A stretch of DNA of 64,000 bases, taken from contig NC_043014.1 of the NCBI RefSeq assembly GCF_006345805.1, forward strand, positions 14,694,001 through 14,758,000. The letters are read 5' to 3'. The notes below the pieces were generated by a model. The model searched no databases. It was not told the origin of the DNA and worked only from the letters and a program-made list of their open reading frames with translations. Position 1 is the first letter of the stretch, and every line of letters starts with the position of its first letter. This document shows positions 50,527-63,800 of this stretch, one piece after another. This stretch comes from Octopus sinensis. Lineage: Eukaryota. Position numbers and translations under genes: made by a program.

Positions 50527-51284
50527 TAAGATTCTTTTGAGGTCCATATAAGCAAAATAGTGAATTGGGGGTCCATGGTAGTATTTTAGTGGCCCAAGAC
50601 AAAATTTTGCTTTAGTTGGGTTTGTTTCTTTAACATTTTACGTAGTTCACCACCCATGTTGTGACTTGTTAAAGCGCCTGTGGGGAACCTATACGCCAAG
50701 GAAACCGGGAAACCGGCCCTTATGAGGTAGGCATGGCTCGAGAAGGAACAAACAATTACATTTGTTAAAGAGAGAAAACTCCCAAAAGGGATGTAACTCA
50801 TGTGATCTAAGCCATCCAATGAAGAGAGATCAATATCAATATGTGTCAAAGTAATACTGTATTGTATGTCAGTATAATATTGAAGAAATGTCCTTGAAGA
50901 CATTGTTTGTTCCTTCTTGAGCCATGCCTGGCTCATAAGGGCCGGTTTTCTGGTTTCCTTGGCGTATAGGTTCCCCACCTGGACAGGATGCCGGTCCATT
51001 GCAGGTGAGCTGCAAGATGCAGGAGGAAAGAGTGAGAGAAAGTTGTGGCGAAAGAGTCAGCAGAAGTTTGCCATTTCCTTCTGCTGGAGCCACGTGGAGC
51101 TTAGGTGTTTCGCTCATAAACACACACATCTCTCGGTCTGAGATTTGAACCCACAATCCCTCGACCGCAAGTCCGCTTCTCTAACCACTAGGCCATGCAC
51201 CTCCACTCTTGAAGACATTACTAAAGTATGGCCACAACACAAAGACTGAAATCACTAAATGAGAAAGAAATTTTTAAAAATCAC

Positions 51285-51513
51285 CTTAAATTGTTCATAA
51301 ACTGATTTGAGCTGTTTAAAAAGGGTATCCATATTTCTGTAGCAGGTTACAAACCCACGCACATTCCTGTCAACGATCGTTCGAAATATCATAGTACGGT
51401 TTTTATCGGACACACCTTGGAAGTTGTATGGAATGCTCAGGAATTTCTTCATTTCTCGTGAGTACCTCTGTTTGGTTTGCTCAAATGATGGAGAAAACTG
51501 TAGTTTCTGGTGC
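51285..51513 (-). CDS. DYNC2H1: Dynein-2 heavy chain exon 4: HQKLQFSPSFEQTKQRYSREMKKFLSIPYNFQGVSDKNRTMIFRTIVDRNVRGFVTCYRNMDTLFKQLKSVYEQFK
   Basis: Matches recalled LQFRPPFEEIRAKYYREMKRFIGIPNQFKGV. Acceptor atttttcag, donor gtgatt, 229 nt. Confidence 0.93.
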
Positions 51514-51544
51514 CTGAAAAATAGCATTACTGTAATTTATTATA

Positions 51545-52283
51545 CTGTAAATCCTCAAGTATAGTTCCCCCTTGAGTATAATATGCAGGGGATTTTTAGG
51601 GGGGTGTACCTCTGAAAAACCTAAACCTTGTGCATAATATGCACCCCTTCTCTAACTTGAGTCAAGGAGGTCTATATAACGTCCTTGGTTTGTAAAACTG
51701 TATATGGTAACATCCTTTATTATTATTGTATATATAACATAATGCAAACGTGTAGCATTTTTGTGCATTTTGTTTGCAGAAAATAAAGAAATATCAGTAA
51801 TACCTATTTCTTTATTACCCACAAGGGGCTAAACACAGAGGGGACAAACAAGGACAGACATAGGTATTAAGTCGATTACATCGACCCCAGTGCGTAACTG
51901 GTACTTAATTTATCGACCCCGAAAGGATGAAAGGCAAAGTCGACCTCGGCGGAATTTGAACTCACAACATAACACAGACGAAATACCGCTAAGCATTTCG
52001 CCCGGCGTGCTAACGTTTCTGCCAGCTCGCCGTTTAATAAATGTTGCTTACTGCAAGTTATGGATGATTCTTTTATGACTTCATTGCTTTCAGGCTTAGC
52101 TTAAGGTATTTTCATGCATGACATCACAAAATACGTCTGAATAAACATTGCCAGACAGCAAATAGAGACGCAGACATTGTTTAGAAAATAATTTTTATTT
52201 TTAACCTCGTATATAGTACGCACTAGGGATTTTGACCTTTAAAGTTTGGGAAAAAAATGTGTATTATACTTGAGGATTTACGG
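51545..52283. mobile_element. Tigger/pogo-like non-autonomous element interrupted by a SINE (~51810-52031)
   Basis: TIRs CTGTAAATCCTCAAGTATA / TATACTTGAGGATTTACGG, flanked by TA. Confidence 0.75.
51810..52031 (-). mobile_element. SINE with central CTTTGCCTTTCATCCTTTCGGGGTCGATAAATTAAGTACCAG domain; copies at ~8964-9455 (cluster), ~14540-14930, ~42500-42720, ~46740-46965, ~53400-54140
   Basis: Multi-copy similarity. Head GGCGGCGAGCTGGCAGAAACGTTAGC, B box GAGTTCAAATTCC. Confidence 0.85.
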
Positions 52284-53631
52284 TAACTGCCTGCTGTGAC
52301 TAAATGATTAAGCTGCTTGGCTATGGAATATAAATGGTCCAGTAACTCTCTTTAGAACCCTTTCATTACCATTTTCCTGTTGAAATACACTGCATTTCTT
52401 TCAATTAATTTTGAAAATAACAAAGAATTTAGTAAAATAAATTTATTATTATTTTTAAGCTAGCATTTAGAACATAAATCATCATGAAATTTTAAAGGAA
52501 GGATTTAATTTGGATCACTTTAAAAAAGGAAGTTAGTATGACAGAACGAGAGGTAATCTCAGGCAAGTTGGTATCAAAAGGGTTAAAGTTGCTGGTTCAC
52601 AGCAGATCGTTCTGTTAATACATGAAGGAAAGGAGATGGTAACTCTCTTGATAGTTCTAAAGCTAAGGTGCTGCTGGGCTATTCGGATATAATATAATTG
52701 TATTAATTTCAATAATTATGGTTTCTGTGGCAAATTGGTTTGATTATAGCATTAATGTACTGACAAATTTCATTAGTTCTAGCAAAAGAAAATTTGGTTG
52801 ACTAAATGGTAAAAGTGCTGAATTATTGCTAGAAATTCACGAAATCAATTAGAAGATTCCATTAAGCAAAGCTAAAACCAAAAACACTGAACTTTGTTGT
52901 ATAAATACTGAAGTATTTGTTTTGTAGCATTTGATCTTTATTTTATCAACAGTGACCGGATAACAATGTTATGAGGAGGCTATTAACTGCAATCTAAGAT
53001 AGAATTATGAAAGATTATGATGAAATTAAATTTTACTACTTTATTACTAAAGAGATTTCATTTTAATAATTAATTAATAGGTTCTGCAGCAGAAAGTAGC
53101 TTTTGAATACTTTGAGTGAACTACATGTTGCATTAGTAATTCACAGTCCTAAATTTATGCAAGCAAGGCAGTATGATTAACAAGATTACTTCATATAAGG
53201 AGGCTTCAGCCCTGCCTTCATCTTGTTGGGGTCAATAAAATAAAGAACTAGTCAAGTACTGGGATCAATATATGTCCCTAAATCTTTCCCTTAAATTGCT
53301 GGCCTTGTGCCTGTATTAAAACAATCATAATTATTATAAACATCATCATCATCACCATTACTATTATTATTGTAGTTGTTATTATTATTTCTGCCAAGGT
53401 CAACTTTGCCTTTCATCTTTTTGGAGTTGATAAATTAATACCAGTGAAATACTGAGGTTGATGTAATCAACCTGTTCCCTCCCCAAATTTCAGGCCTTGT
53501 GCCTATAGTAAAAAGTATTATTATTATTATTACTATTATTATTAGTAGTAGTGCTAGTATTATTATTATTATATTATTATTATTATTATTATTACTACTA
53601 CTATTATTATTATTACTATTATTATTATTAC

Positions 53632-53667
<36 letters not shown>

Positions 53668-53700
53668 TATTACTATTACTATTATTATTATTATTATTAC

Positions 53701-53737
<37 letters not shown>

Positions 53738-54566
53738 AGGTAGATGAGCTGACAGAATTCTGACTGCATGAAAAAAATGCTTAGCGGCATTTCTTCTGAC
53801 TTTAGACTCTGAGTTCAAATTCTGCCGAGATTGATTTTTGTTTTTAATCCTTTCAGGGTCGAAAAATTAAGTACCAGTGAAACACTAGGATCAATGTAAT
53901 TGACTAGTCTCCCTTCCCAAAAATTTCAGGCTGTGTGCCTTTAGTAGAAAGAATTATTATTATTATTGTTGTTGTTAAGATGAGCTGTTAGACCCATTAA
54001 CATGCTGGGCAAGAAGCTTAGTAGCATTTTGACCATTTCTGTGTACTGAGTTCAAATTCTGCCGTGGTTGACCTTGCCTTTCATCCTTTCAGGGTCAATA
54101 GAATAAGTACCAGTTGAGCACTGGGGTTGATTTAATCGACTTGGCTCCTTCTCCTAAACTATCAAGATAAACAGTGCATGACCTTGCAGATGGGTCCCAC
54201 TTGGAATTTTCTTCAGGTCGGGTAGCTCACCCTGTTCAAAACATCCCTGAATAAGGATTGTTTAAGGATGTTGAACGAAACACCCATGTTTCCAGAGGTG
54301 AATTATTCAAACCCCATAGAATCCCTCTCAATACATGGCTATGATGCTCCCCTACTACTTCTGCTTGTGATCAGAGATGCATATATCATCAGCCATAAGG
54401 GTCAACTGGTTAAGGTCAAGCAACTGACAAGCAAATCTGTGGTATTGAGCAGAATATTTGCTGTAGCCTATCTTTTATACCAAGACAAAACAATGTACAT
54501 GGTAACACTTCCAATCAGTTGAAATCAGAAGCCATGAGAGCCACTGCATCAGGGCATATATTATTA

Positions 54567-54597
<31 letters not shown>

Positions 54598-55293
54598 TAT
54601 TATTTGCACAACTGTTTTGCTAAAAACTGGTTTCTCTTTTGAGTACTTATATCACATTCCTGGCAGTAGTCTTAGTCAATCACACCTCCAAACCTATTGA
54701 AATGTATTCAAAAAAAAAAAAAGACTAGTTCTTTTGCAGGGTACTGAATACCAGAATTTGAAGTAAAAAATGGCAAGAAAGAGGTTTCTGTCAATGCAAG
54801 AAATTAACCAGATAAACTGAGTTAGATAAACAGCAGCTTGTTCAGAAACATGACAGGCATGCAGCAGGATTGAACTCACAAAGCATGACTTTATATTAAA
54901 ATACCTTATCCATTTGGTTATTTTACACACATCCTTTCCCACCTCTGATCCATATGACTTTCTAAACGATAAACGTCGCCCTTTTCAAGCCTAGCCAGGC
55001 TCATGGGCTCGGTTTCCTGGTTTCTGTGGCGTATGTGTTCCCCCCAGCTGGACGGGACGCCAGTCCATCGCAGCGTTACTCAAGAAACAGGAAGAGAAAG
55101 TGAGAGAAAGTTGTGGTGAAAGAGTACAACAGGGGTCGCCACCACCCCCTGCCGGAGCCTCGTGGAGTTTTTAGGTGTTTTCGTTCAATAGACACACACA
55201 ATGCCCGGTTTAGGAATTGAAACTGCGATCCTCCGACCGCGAGTTCGCTGCCCTAACCACTGGGCCATTGCGCCTCCACAATGACTTACTAAC

Positions 55294-55433
55294 CTGAATA
55301 CAAGTTCCACTTTAATTTCTGCAATATTCGTGTTTAGAGCCTCCAAACCACTCTGGTATTGGTGTTCCAGACTTTTGTACAGTTGGTAGTCCCAGTGTCG
55401 GCGCCAGCCAACCATCAATTCAAAGGAGTAACC
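55294..55433 (-). CDS. DYNC2H1: Dynein-2 heavy chain exon 3: GYSFELMVGWRRHWDYQLYKSLEHQYQSGLEALNTNIAEIKVELVF(R)
   Basis: Matches recalled WKQHWNHQLYKALEHQYQMGLEALNENLPEINIDL. Acceptor cactcag, donor gttagt, 140 nt; the phase fits the next exon. Confidence 0.93.
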
Positions 55434-56405
55434 CTGAGTGATAGAAGCAGGAGTACCAATAACAATAATAATAATAATGACAAGGCAAAAAGAATAATCA
55501 TAGGACTATATTATAAATAAACAAGACACAGTAATAAGGACGAAAATTTTAACAATTCTACCATATTTCCCAGCATATGAACCAATGTAATATTTAGTAT
55601 AAACATGTATTGCAAATATTCAAACATTATTACTATCTTTTCCATTTCTGCTAATTTTACATGGAACTTTTGGTCCTCTGAAGTTGTCTTGGTGTATAAG
55701 TTTCTCTACCTTTTTTTTTCATCATCATCATCATTTAACGTCCATCTTCCATACTGGCATGGGTTGGACAGTTTGACAGGAGCTTCTATGTCTTTTTTGA
55801 CAGGGTTTTTTTATGGCTGGATGCCCTTCCTAATACCAACCACCCAGCAGAATGGACTGAGTGATTTTTACATGGTACTAGCACAGGTGAGGTCAGTTTT
55901 GGCATTGTTTTTACCGCTGGATGCCTTTCCAAATGCCAACCACTTCACAGCGTGGACTGGATGTTTTGTATGTGGCACCAGCACTGGCAGGATCACCAAG
56001 TAACTTGCAAGACAAGGAATTTTGAGAGGGGAGGGGGGCATTAGAAGAGGTGATCTTGTGTCAGATGATGAAAGGTTAGAGTGTGACAGAGAGGCAGAAA
56101 CAAGTAAATATTTGTCTGAAAAATATGGTGATTTAATTTTTACTTCTAATTGTTCAGACGGATCACGTGTTTAAAATAGAGTTCATCAACTGTTCAGAGA
56201 GACAATACAACATCTGTTCAGAAACACAGTATAACATCTGTTGAGAGACACAACACAATATCTATTTAGAGACAGCACGACACCTGTTGTGAGACAATAC
56301 AAAATGCATTGTTAAAGGTAATTGGAATCTTGAATCTTGAGGGTATATATCTGTTTTCCACAGAAAAAAAGGCTTCAGTAAAATTAAGGAAAACTATGAA
56401 AATAC

Positions 56406-56504
56406 CTGATTAGAAACAGCTGTTAGCACATGTTTGATATCCATGTAACAATCTTTCCACTGTTGATGTTTGCGCAGTAGATCAAGATGCATCAACTGTT
56501 GGAC
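56406..56504 (-). CDS. DYNC2H1: Dynein-2 heavy chain exon 2: VQQLMHLDLLRKHQQWKDCYMDIKHVLTAVSNQ
   Basis: Matches recalled VVVLMNIDLLRQQQRWKDGLQELRTGLATVEAQ. Acceptor tttgtccag, donor gtatt, 99 nt, phase 0/0. Confidence 0.92.
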
Positions 56505-57045
56505 CTGGACAAAATAGACACCAAAGAACAACAATTTATAAAATAAAGGTCTTGTGTTAACATTGATATATTTATCATGATAGGTTAATGGGCAGCAAAA
56601 ACAAGTTTTACACCAGAGAAATAGCTTTGTGATGTTTAAAATCTCATGAAAGTCAATTTTGCCATTTATCCTTATGGAGTGGGTAAAGAAATAATTACCA
56701 GCCAAATACTGGGACTGATTTAATTGGCTCTATTTATTCTGAATATGTGTGGCTTTGTATCTGTGTCAAAAATAATTATTACATACGAGAGGATGCTGAA
56801 AAGTTCCTGGCTTTGGGTAAAAGAAAACACAAGAGGATCAGTTAACTATCATTTTATTTAACATATTCCCCTCTCAGATTCACATACTTATTGCAGTGGT
56901 CCTTTAGTTTATCTAAGCCCTGTAAAAAAACTTGGAATGTTGGGCCTCCAACCAGGCCTTTCCTGATACCCTTAAAACCAGGAACTAATATGACTTTAGC
57001 AATGCCACTTCTGCTACTAGAAGAATCTTGTCTGCCGCTGATATA

Positions 57046-58282
57046 TCAGGTTGAGTAAAAAGTAAGCAATGTTTTGAACCATAAAGAATTTGTACCAGAT
57101 TTTTGCAGAGTTTTGAAATTTTTTAAACATTTTATTTGCAATTGTCTGATAATACAAACATAGACTTAAATATATCAATAAATTAACATTGATAGTTTTT
57201 TCACTATCGTTAAGTCATCTGAAATGGAACTGTCAAAGCGCAATATTCAAGTAATTTTGCTATTTAGCTTCAAAAAAGGTTGTAAAGCAGCTGAAACTGC
57301 TTGCAATTTCAACAAAACATTTGGTGAGGAAATGACCAGTGAGTGGTCAGCTTGAAAATGGTTTAAATGATTTTGCAGTGGAGAATTGAGCCTTGAAGAT
57401 CATGAGCATAGTGGACGCCAATCTGTCATTGAGAAAGATCCACATAAAACCACTTGAGACCTGGTAAAAGAACTTCAAGTTAGCCAGAAAGCTGCCTGCA
57501 ACCATTTGCAGGTGATCAGAAAATCAGAAAAGCTCAACAAATGGGTACCGCATGATTTGAATGAAAATCAAAAAATGCACAAATATGAAATTTGCTTGTT
57601 GCTTCTTCTTTGTAATCAGACCAATCCATTTCTCAACCGTATTGTAATTTGCAATGACAAGTGGATTCTGTACAATAATAAAAAACATTCTTTGCAGTGG
57701 TTGGACCAAAACGAAGCACTAAAAACCTTCCCTAAACCTGAGCGCTTTAAAAAGAAGGTTAAGGTCACTGTTTGGTGGTGTACTGCTGGATTCATTCACA
57801 ATAACTTCTTAAAACCCTGAAAAACCATTACTGTAGAAACATATTGCCATGAAATTGCTAAAAATGAACAAAAAGCTGCTACTCTGGTCAACAGAAAGGA
57901 GCCAATAATTCTTTATGACAATGCTTGACCACATGTTTCACTATGCTCCAGAAGTTGAGGGAACTTGGCTACAAAGTTCTTCCCTATCCAGCTTATTACC
58001 CAGACCTTTCTCCTACCGATTGCCACTTTTTCAAGCACCCTGATGGTTTCCTGCAAGAGAAGGAGTTCAAAAATCAAACTGATGCTGTAAGTGCATTCAA
58101 GGAATTCATCAGCTCCAGAACTCCAGATTTTTATGTTACCTGAATAAACAAACTTGTAGCTCGGCAAAAATGTGTTGATTGTAATGGAAACATACATGGA
58201 TGAATAAAACTTCTGCATTGTTGAAATATATTGTGACGAATTTCATTTTTTCAAACCGTTGCTTACTTTTTACTCAGCCTGA
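57046..58282 (+). mobile_element. Full-length mariner (DD34D) element with inactivated transposase
   Basis: TIRs TCAGGTTGAGTAAAAAGTAAGCAA / TTGCTTACTTTTTACTCAGCCTGA with TA on both sides. Fragments KWVPHDLNENQK, RIVICNDKWILYNN, YPAYYPDLSPTDCHFFK, with stops and frameshifts. Confidence 0.92.
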
Positions 58283-60243
58283 TATTTCTATGTCTTTTAA
58301 CACTATACATCCATAAAAGATGCTAACTCAAGATGAATACTGTAGCTTATTAGGCGTTCACTAACGTATCTCTACTTTAAGTATGATACACAGATTGATA
58401 CAGATATATATGCATATGTGTGTGTTTTTATATATATGTGTACACACACACACTGTCATATATAAATATATACATACATATATACATACATACATATATA
58501 TATATATATTCTGTTACTTGTGTCAGTCATTAGACTGTGGCCATGCTGGAGTACCACCTTAAAGGGTTTTAGTCACAGAAATTGACCCCAGGACTTATTC
58601 TTTGTAAGTCCAGTACTTATTCTATTGGTCTCTTTTGTTGAACCAAGTTACAGGAACATAAACACAAAAACATTGGTTATCAAGCAAAGGCTGGAAGACA
58701 AACCCAGACACAAGCACATACATTTATATGTACATACATACATATATATTTATACATGGCCTGTGCCGGTGGCATGTAAAAAGCACCCACTACACTCACG
58801 GAGTGGTTGATGTTAGGAAGGGCATCCAGCTGTAGAAACACTGCCTGATCAGACTGGAGCCTGGTTTAGCCTTCTGGCTTCCCAGACCCTGGTCGAACTG
58901 TCTAAACCATGCTAGCATGGAAAACGGATGTTAAACGATGATGATATATAGTTTCCATCTACCAGATCCACTCACAAGGTTTTGGTCAGCCTGAGGCTAT
59001 AGTAGAAGACACTTGCCCTAGGTGCCACACAATGGAACTGAAGCAGGAACCATGCAGTTGGGAAGCAATTACACCATAAGGTCAGTTTTCTGGTTTCTTT
59101 TGTGTAGATATTCCTCCCCTGGATGGCAAGCCAGTCCATCGCAGGATTACTCACTTTTACCAGCTGAGTGGACTGGAGTAATGTGAAATGAAGCGTCTTG
59201 CCCAAGAACACAATACATTACCAGGTGCAGGAATTGAAACCGCAATTGAGTCCAGCACCCTAACTACTAAGCCATGAGGCCCCACTTGTATCTGACACAT
59301 ATTATATATATATCATCATCATCATCCTCTTCCTCATCATCATCATTACTGCCACTACCATCATTACCATTATTATCTCACTGTCATTGTTATCACCATC
59401 ACCATCAGCATCCTCATCTGCATCATCATTATATTCATTTTCATCATCTCAAATGCTAAGCATGACACATATGTTAATCTTTGAAATGATAAACTCAGAA
59501 CAGCTATTTATTATGTTAATTAAGATGACAGGACGCTGTCCATCCATTTAATTAACCATCACTCTCCTCTTTCTCTTCCTCATCATTATCATCATAGCCA
59601 TCATCATTAACTCACTGTTACACATATGAGCCAACATTAAAGCCATCAGTGAGACACATATGCTAGCATCATCATCATCATCATCATCCCCGTGGTCAAC
59701 AGACTACTCTACCACCAATCACGCCCACTGTCATTAATCCATACACCCATCACTGCTACTACCACCACCACCACCACCACCACCACCTCGACCATCACCA
59801 CTACTACTACCACCACCACTAACACCATAACTACTACTACTACTACTACTAGCACCACCACCATTACTACTACCACTCGTACTATTGCTACCACCACCAC
59901 CACCACCACCACCACCACTACTACTACCAACACTACCACCACCACTACTACTACCAACACCACCATCACTTCAACTACTACTACTACAACTGCTACAATT
60001 ACTACTACTGCAGTCATCACCATCAGCTACCAACACCACCACAACTACTATTACTATCACAACCATGACCCCAGTAACCACAACCATCACCACAACTATA
60101 GCAAACATGACCACCACAAATGACAACCCGCACCCCACCTTATGGCAACTGCCACCACTACTACTACCATCACCACGACAACCACCACTGCCATCTGCCG
60201 CTGCCACCCCCCACCCCCACCACCATCTCCAGCATCATCCCAC

Positions 60244-60392
60244 CTTCTCACAGATGTTCTTATGGTACTGGCGCAACATTCGATTTTCGGACGTCAGCTT
60301 CTTGGCAGCTTCCTGCAGTCTCTTGATGTAGCTCTCCAGTTCTTCAGGGTTATCCCACGTCACCTTGGTGATACCATGATGTCCTTTTGTAT
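60244..60392 (-). CDS. DYNC2H1: Dynein-2 heavy chain internal exon 1 of 11 in window: (D)TKGHHGITKVTWDNPEELESYIKRLQEAAKKLTSENRMLRQYHKNICEK
   Basis: Manual translation matches the recalled DYNC2H1 segment ITWDNPKELEGYIQKLQNAAERLATENRKLRKWH. Acceptor ccctag, donor gtggga, 149 nt. Not in the ORF track because it has no ATG. Confidence 0.92.
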
Positions 60393-60842
60393 CTAGGGAA
60401 AAAAATAAAAACAAAAAAAATAAATTAAAACAAGGGAAATGAGAGACTAACAGACAGACATGCTGATTGTATCATTTTTTATTTAAGATGTTAGTTTTTT
60501 TTTGTTTGTATTGTGTTTATGTGTTTTTATCCTTATTTATTTTCATGTTTATTTTATGATTATTGTTTTTTTTTTCCTCCATTGTTACTACCACTGCCAC
60601 TGGGAACAAAACAAAACCATCAACAATTGGGTCCGCAAAAATTTGAAAAGTAAAAGCATGCACAGACATAGGCACAGGCGTGGCTGTGTGGTAAGAAGCT
60701 TGCTTCCCAATGGCATGGTTCTGGGTTCAGTCCCACTGCACAGCACTTTGGGCAAGTGTTTTCTACTATAGCCTTGGGCTGACAAAAGCCTTGTGAGTGG
60801 ATTTAGTAGATGGAAACTTAAAGAAGCCCATCGTGTATATAT

Positions 60843-63800
60843 ATCTGTTGAGGCAAGTGAAAATCAAATCAAAACAAATCAAAATAGATGAACATCAGTG
60901 GAATTGTATTCTTTGTGGTACCAGTGCCGGTGGCACACAAGAAAACCACCCAAACGTGGCCGTAGCCAGTACCGCATCGACTGGCCTCCATGCTGTGGGC
61001 ACAACAAACACCATCCGACCGTGGCCGTTCGCCAGCCTCATCTGGCACCTGTGTCGGTGGCACATAAAGACACCATCCGAAGACCCGGCGACGTAGTCAG
61101 TCCACCTGTGCATACCTTCCCTCTTATGACACTTGTGAAGACCTGTTGAGGCAAGTGTGTGACACTTGTGAAGACCTGTTGAGGCAGAGGCAAGTGTGTG
61201 ACACTTGTGGAGACCTGTTGAGGCAAGTGTGTGACACTTGTGAAGACCTGTTGAGGCAAGTGAAAATCAAACCAAATCAAAATAGATGAACATCAATGGA
61301 ATTTGTATCTTTGTGGTTCCAGTACCGGTGGCACACAAGAAAACCATCCGAACGTGGCCGTAGCCAGTACCGCATCGACTGGCCTCCGTGCTGTGGGCAC
61401 AACAAACACCATCTGATCGTGGCCGTTCGCCAGCCTCATCTGGCACCTGTGTCGGTGGCACATAAAAACACCATCCGAAGACCCGGCGACGTAGTCAGTC
61501 CACCTGTGCATACCTTCCCTCTTATGACACTTGTGAAGACCTGTTGAGGCAAGTGTGTGACACTTGTGAAGACCTGTTGAGGCAGAGGCAAGTGTGTGAC
61601 ACTTTGTGAAGACCTGTTGAGGCAGAGGCAAGTGTGTGACACTTGTGGAGACCTGTTGAGGCAAGTGTGTGACACGTGTGACACTTGTGAAGACCTGTTG
61701 AGGCAAGTGAAAATCAAACCAAATCAAAATAGATGAACATCAATGGAATTTGTATCTTTGTGGTTACAGTACCGGTGGCACACAAGAAAACCATCCGAAC
61801 GTGGCCGTAGCCAGTACCGCATCGACTGGCCTCCGTGCTGTGGGCACAACAAACACCATCTGATCGTGGCCGTTCGCCAGCCTCATCTGGCACTGCGTCG
61901 GTGGCACATAAAAACACCATCCGAAGAACCGGCGACGTAGTCAGTCCACCTGTGCATACCTTCCTACTTATGACACTTGTGAAGACCTGTTGAGGCAAGT
62001 GTGTGACACTTGTGTAGACCTGTTGAGGCAAGTGAAAATCAAATCAAATCAAATCAAACCAAATCAAAATAGATGAACATCAATGGAATTTGTATCTTTG
62101 TGGTACCAGTACCGGTGGCACACAAGAAAACCATCCGAACGTGGCCGTAGCCAGTACCGCATCGACTGGCCTCCGTGCTGTGGGCACAACAAACACCATC
62201 TGATCGTGGCCGTTCGCCAGCCTCATCTGGCACCTGTGTCGGTGGCACATAAAAACACCATCCGAAGACCGGCGACGTAGTCAGTCCACCTGTGCATACC
62301 TTCCCTCTTATGACACTTGTGAAGACCTGTTGAGGCAAGTGTGTGACACTTGTGAAGACCTGTTGAGGCAGAGGCAAGTGTGTGACACTTTGTGAAGACC
62401 TGTTGAGGCAGAGGCAAGTGTGTGACACTTGTGGAGACCTGTTGAGGCAAGTGTGTGACACGTGTGACACTTGTGAAGACCTGTTGAGGCAAGTGAAAAT
62501 CAAACCAAATCAAAATAGATGAACATCAATGGAATTTGTATCTTTGTGGTTACAGTACCGGTGGCACACAAGAAAACCATCCGAACGTGGCCGTAGCCAG
62601 TACCGCATCGACTGGCCTCCGTGCTGTGGGCACAACAAACACCATCTGATCGTGGCCGTTCGCCAGCCTCATCTGGCACCTGCGTCGGTGGCACATAAAA
62701 ACACCATCCGAAGAACCGGCGACGTAGTCAGTCCACCTGTGCATACCTTCCTACTTATGACACTTGTGAAGACCTGTTGAGGCAAGTGTGTGACACTTGT
62801 GTAGACCTGTTGAGGCAAGTGAAAATCAAATCAAATCAATCAAACCAAATCAAAATAGATGAACATCAATGGAATTTGTATCTTTGTGGTACCAGTACCG
62901 GTGGCACACAAGAAAACCATCCGAACGTGGCCGTAGCCAGTACCGCATCAACTGGCCTCTGTGATGTGGGCACATAACAAACACCATCCGATCGTGGCCG
63001 TCCGCCAGCCTCATCTGGCACCTGTGTCGGTGGCACATAAAAACACCAACCGAAGACCCGGCAAGACTAGTCAGGCCATAACCCGTGGCCCCTACTTGGG
63101 ATGTAGTCAGTCCACCTGTGCATACCTTCCTTCCTTCTTGTGACACTTGTGAAGACCTGTGAAGACCTGTTGAGGCAAGTGAAAATCAAATCAAATCAAA
63201 TCAAAATAGATGAACATCAATGGAATTTTATCTTTGTGGTACCAGTGCCGGTGGCACACAAGAAAACCATCCGAACGTGGCCGTAGCCAGTACCGCATCG
63301 ACTGGCCTCCGTGCTGTGGGCACGTAAAAACACCATCCGATCGTGGCCGTTTGCCAGCCTCATCTGGCACCTGTGTCGGTGGCACATAAAAAGACCATCC
63401 GAAGACCCGGCAAGACTAGTCAGGCCATAACCCGTGGCCCCTACCTGGGACGTAGTCAGTCCACCTGTGCATACCTTCCTTCTTGTGACACTTGTGAAGA
63501 CCTGTTGAGGCAAGTGAAAATCAAATCAAAACAAATCAAAATAGATGAACATCAATGGAATTTGTATTTTGTGGTACCAGTGCCGGTGGCACACAAGAAA
63601 ATCATCCGAACGTGGCCGTAGCCAGTACCGCAGACTGGCCTCCGTGCTTTGGGGACGTAACAAACACCATCCGATCGTGGCCGTCCGCCAGCCTCATCTG
63701 GCACCTGTGTCGGTGGCACATAAAAACACCATCCGAGCGTGGCCGTCTGCCAGCCTCGTCTGGCACCTGTGTCGGTGGCACATAAAAACACCATCCGAGC

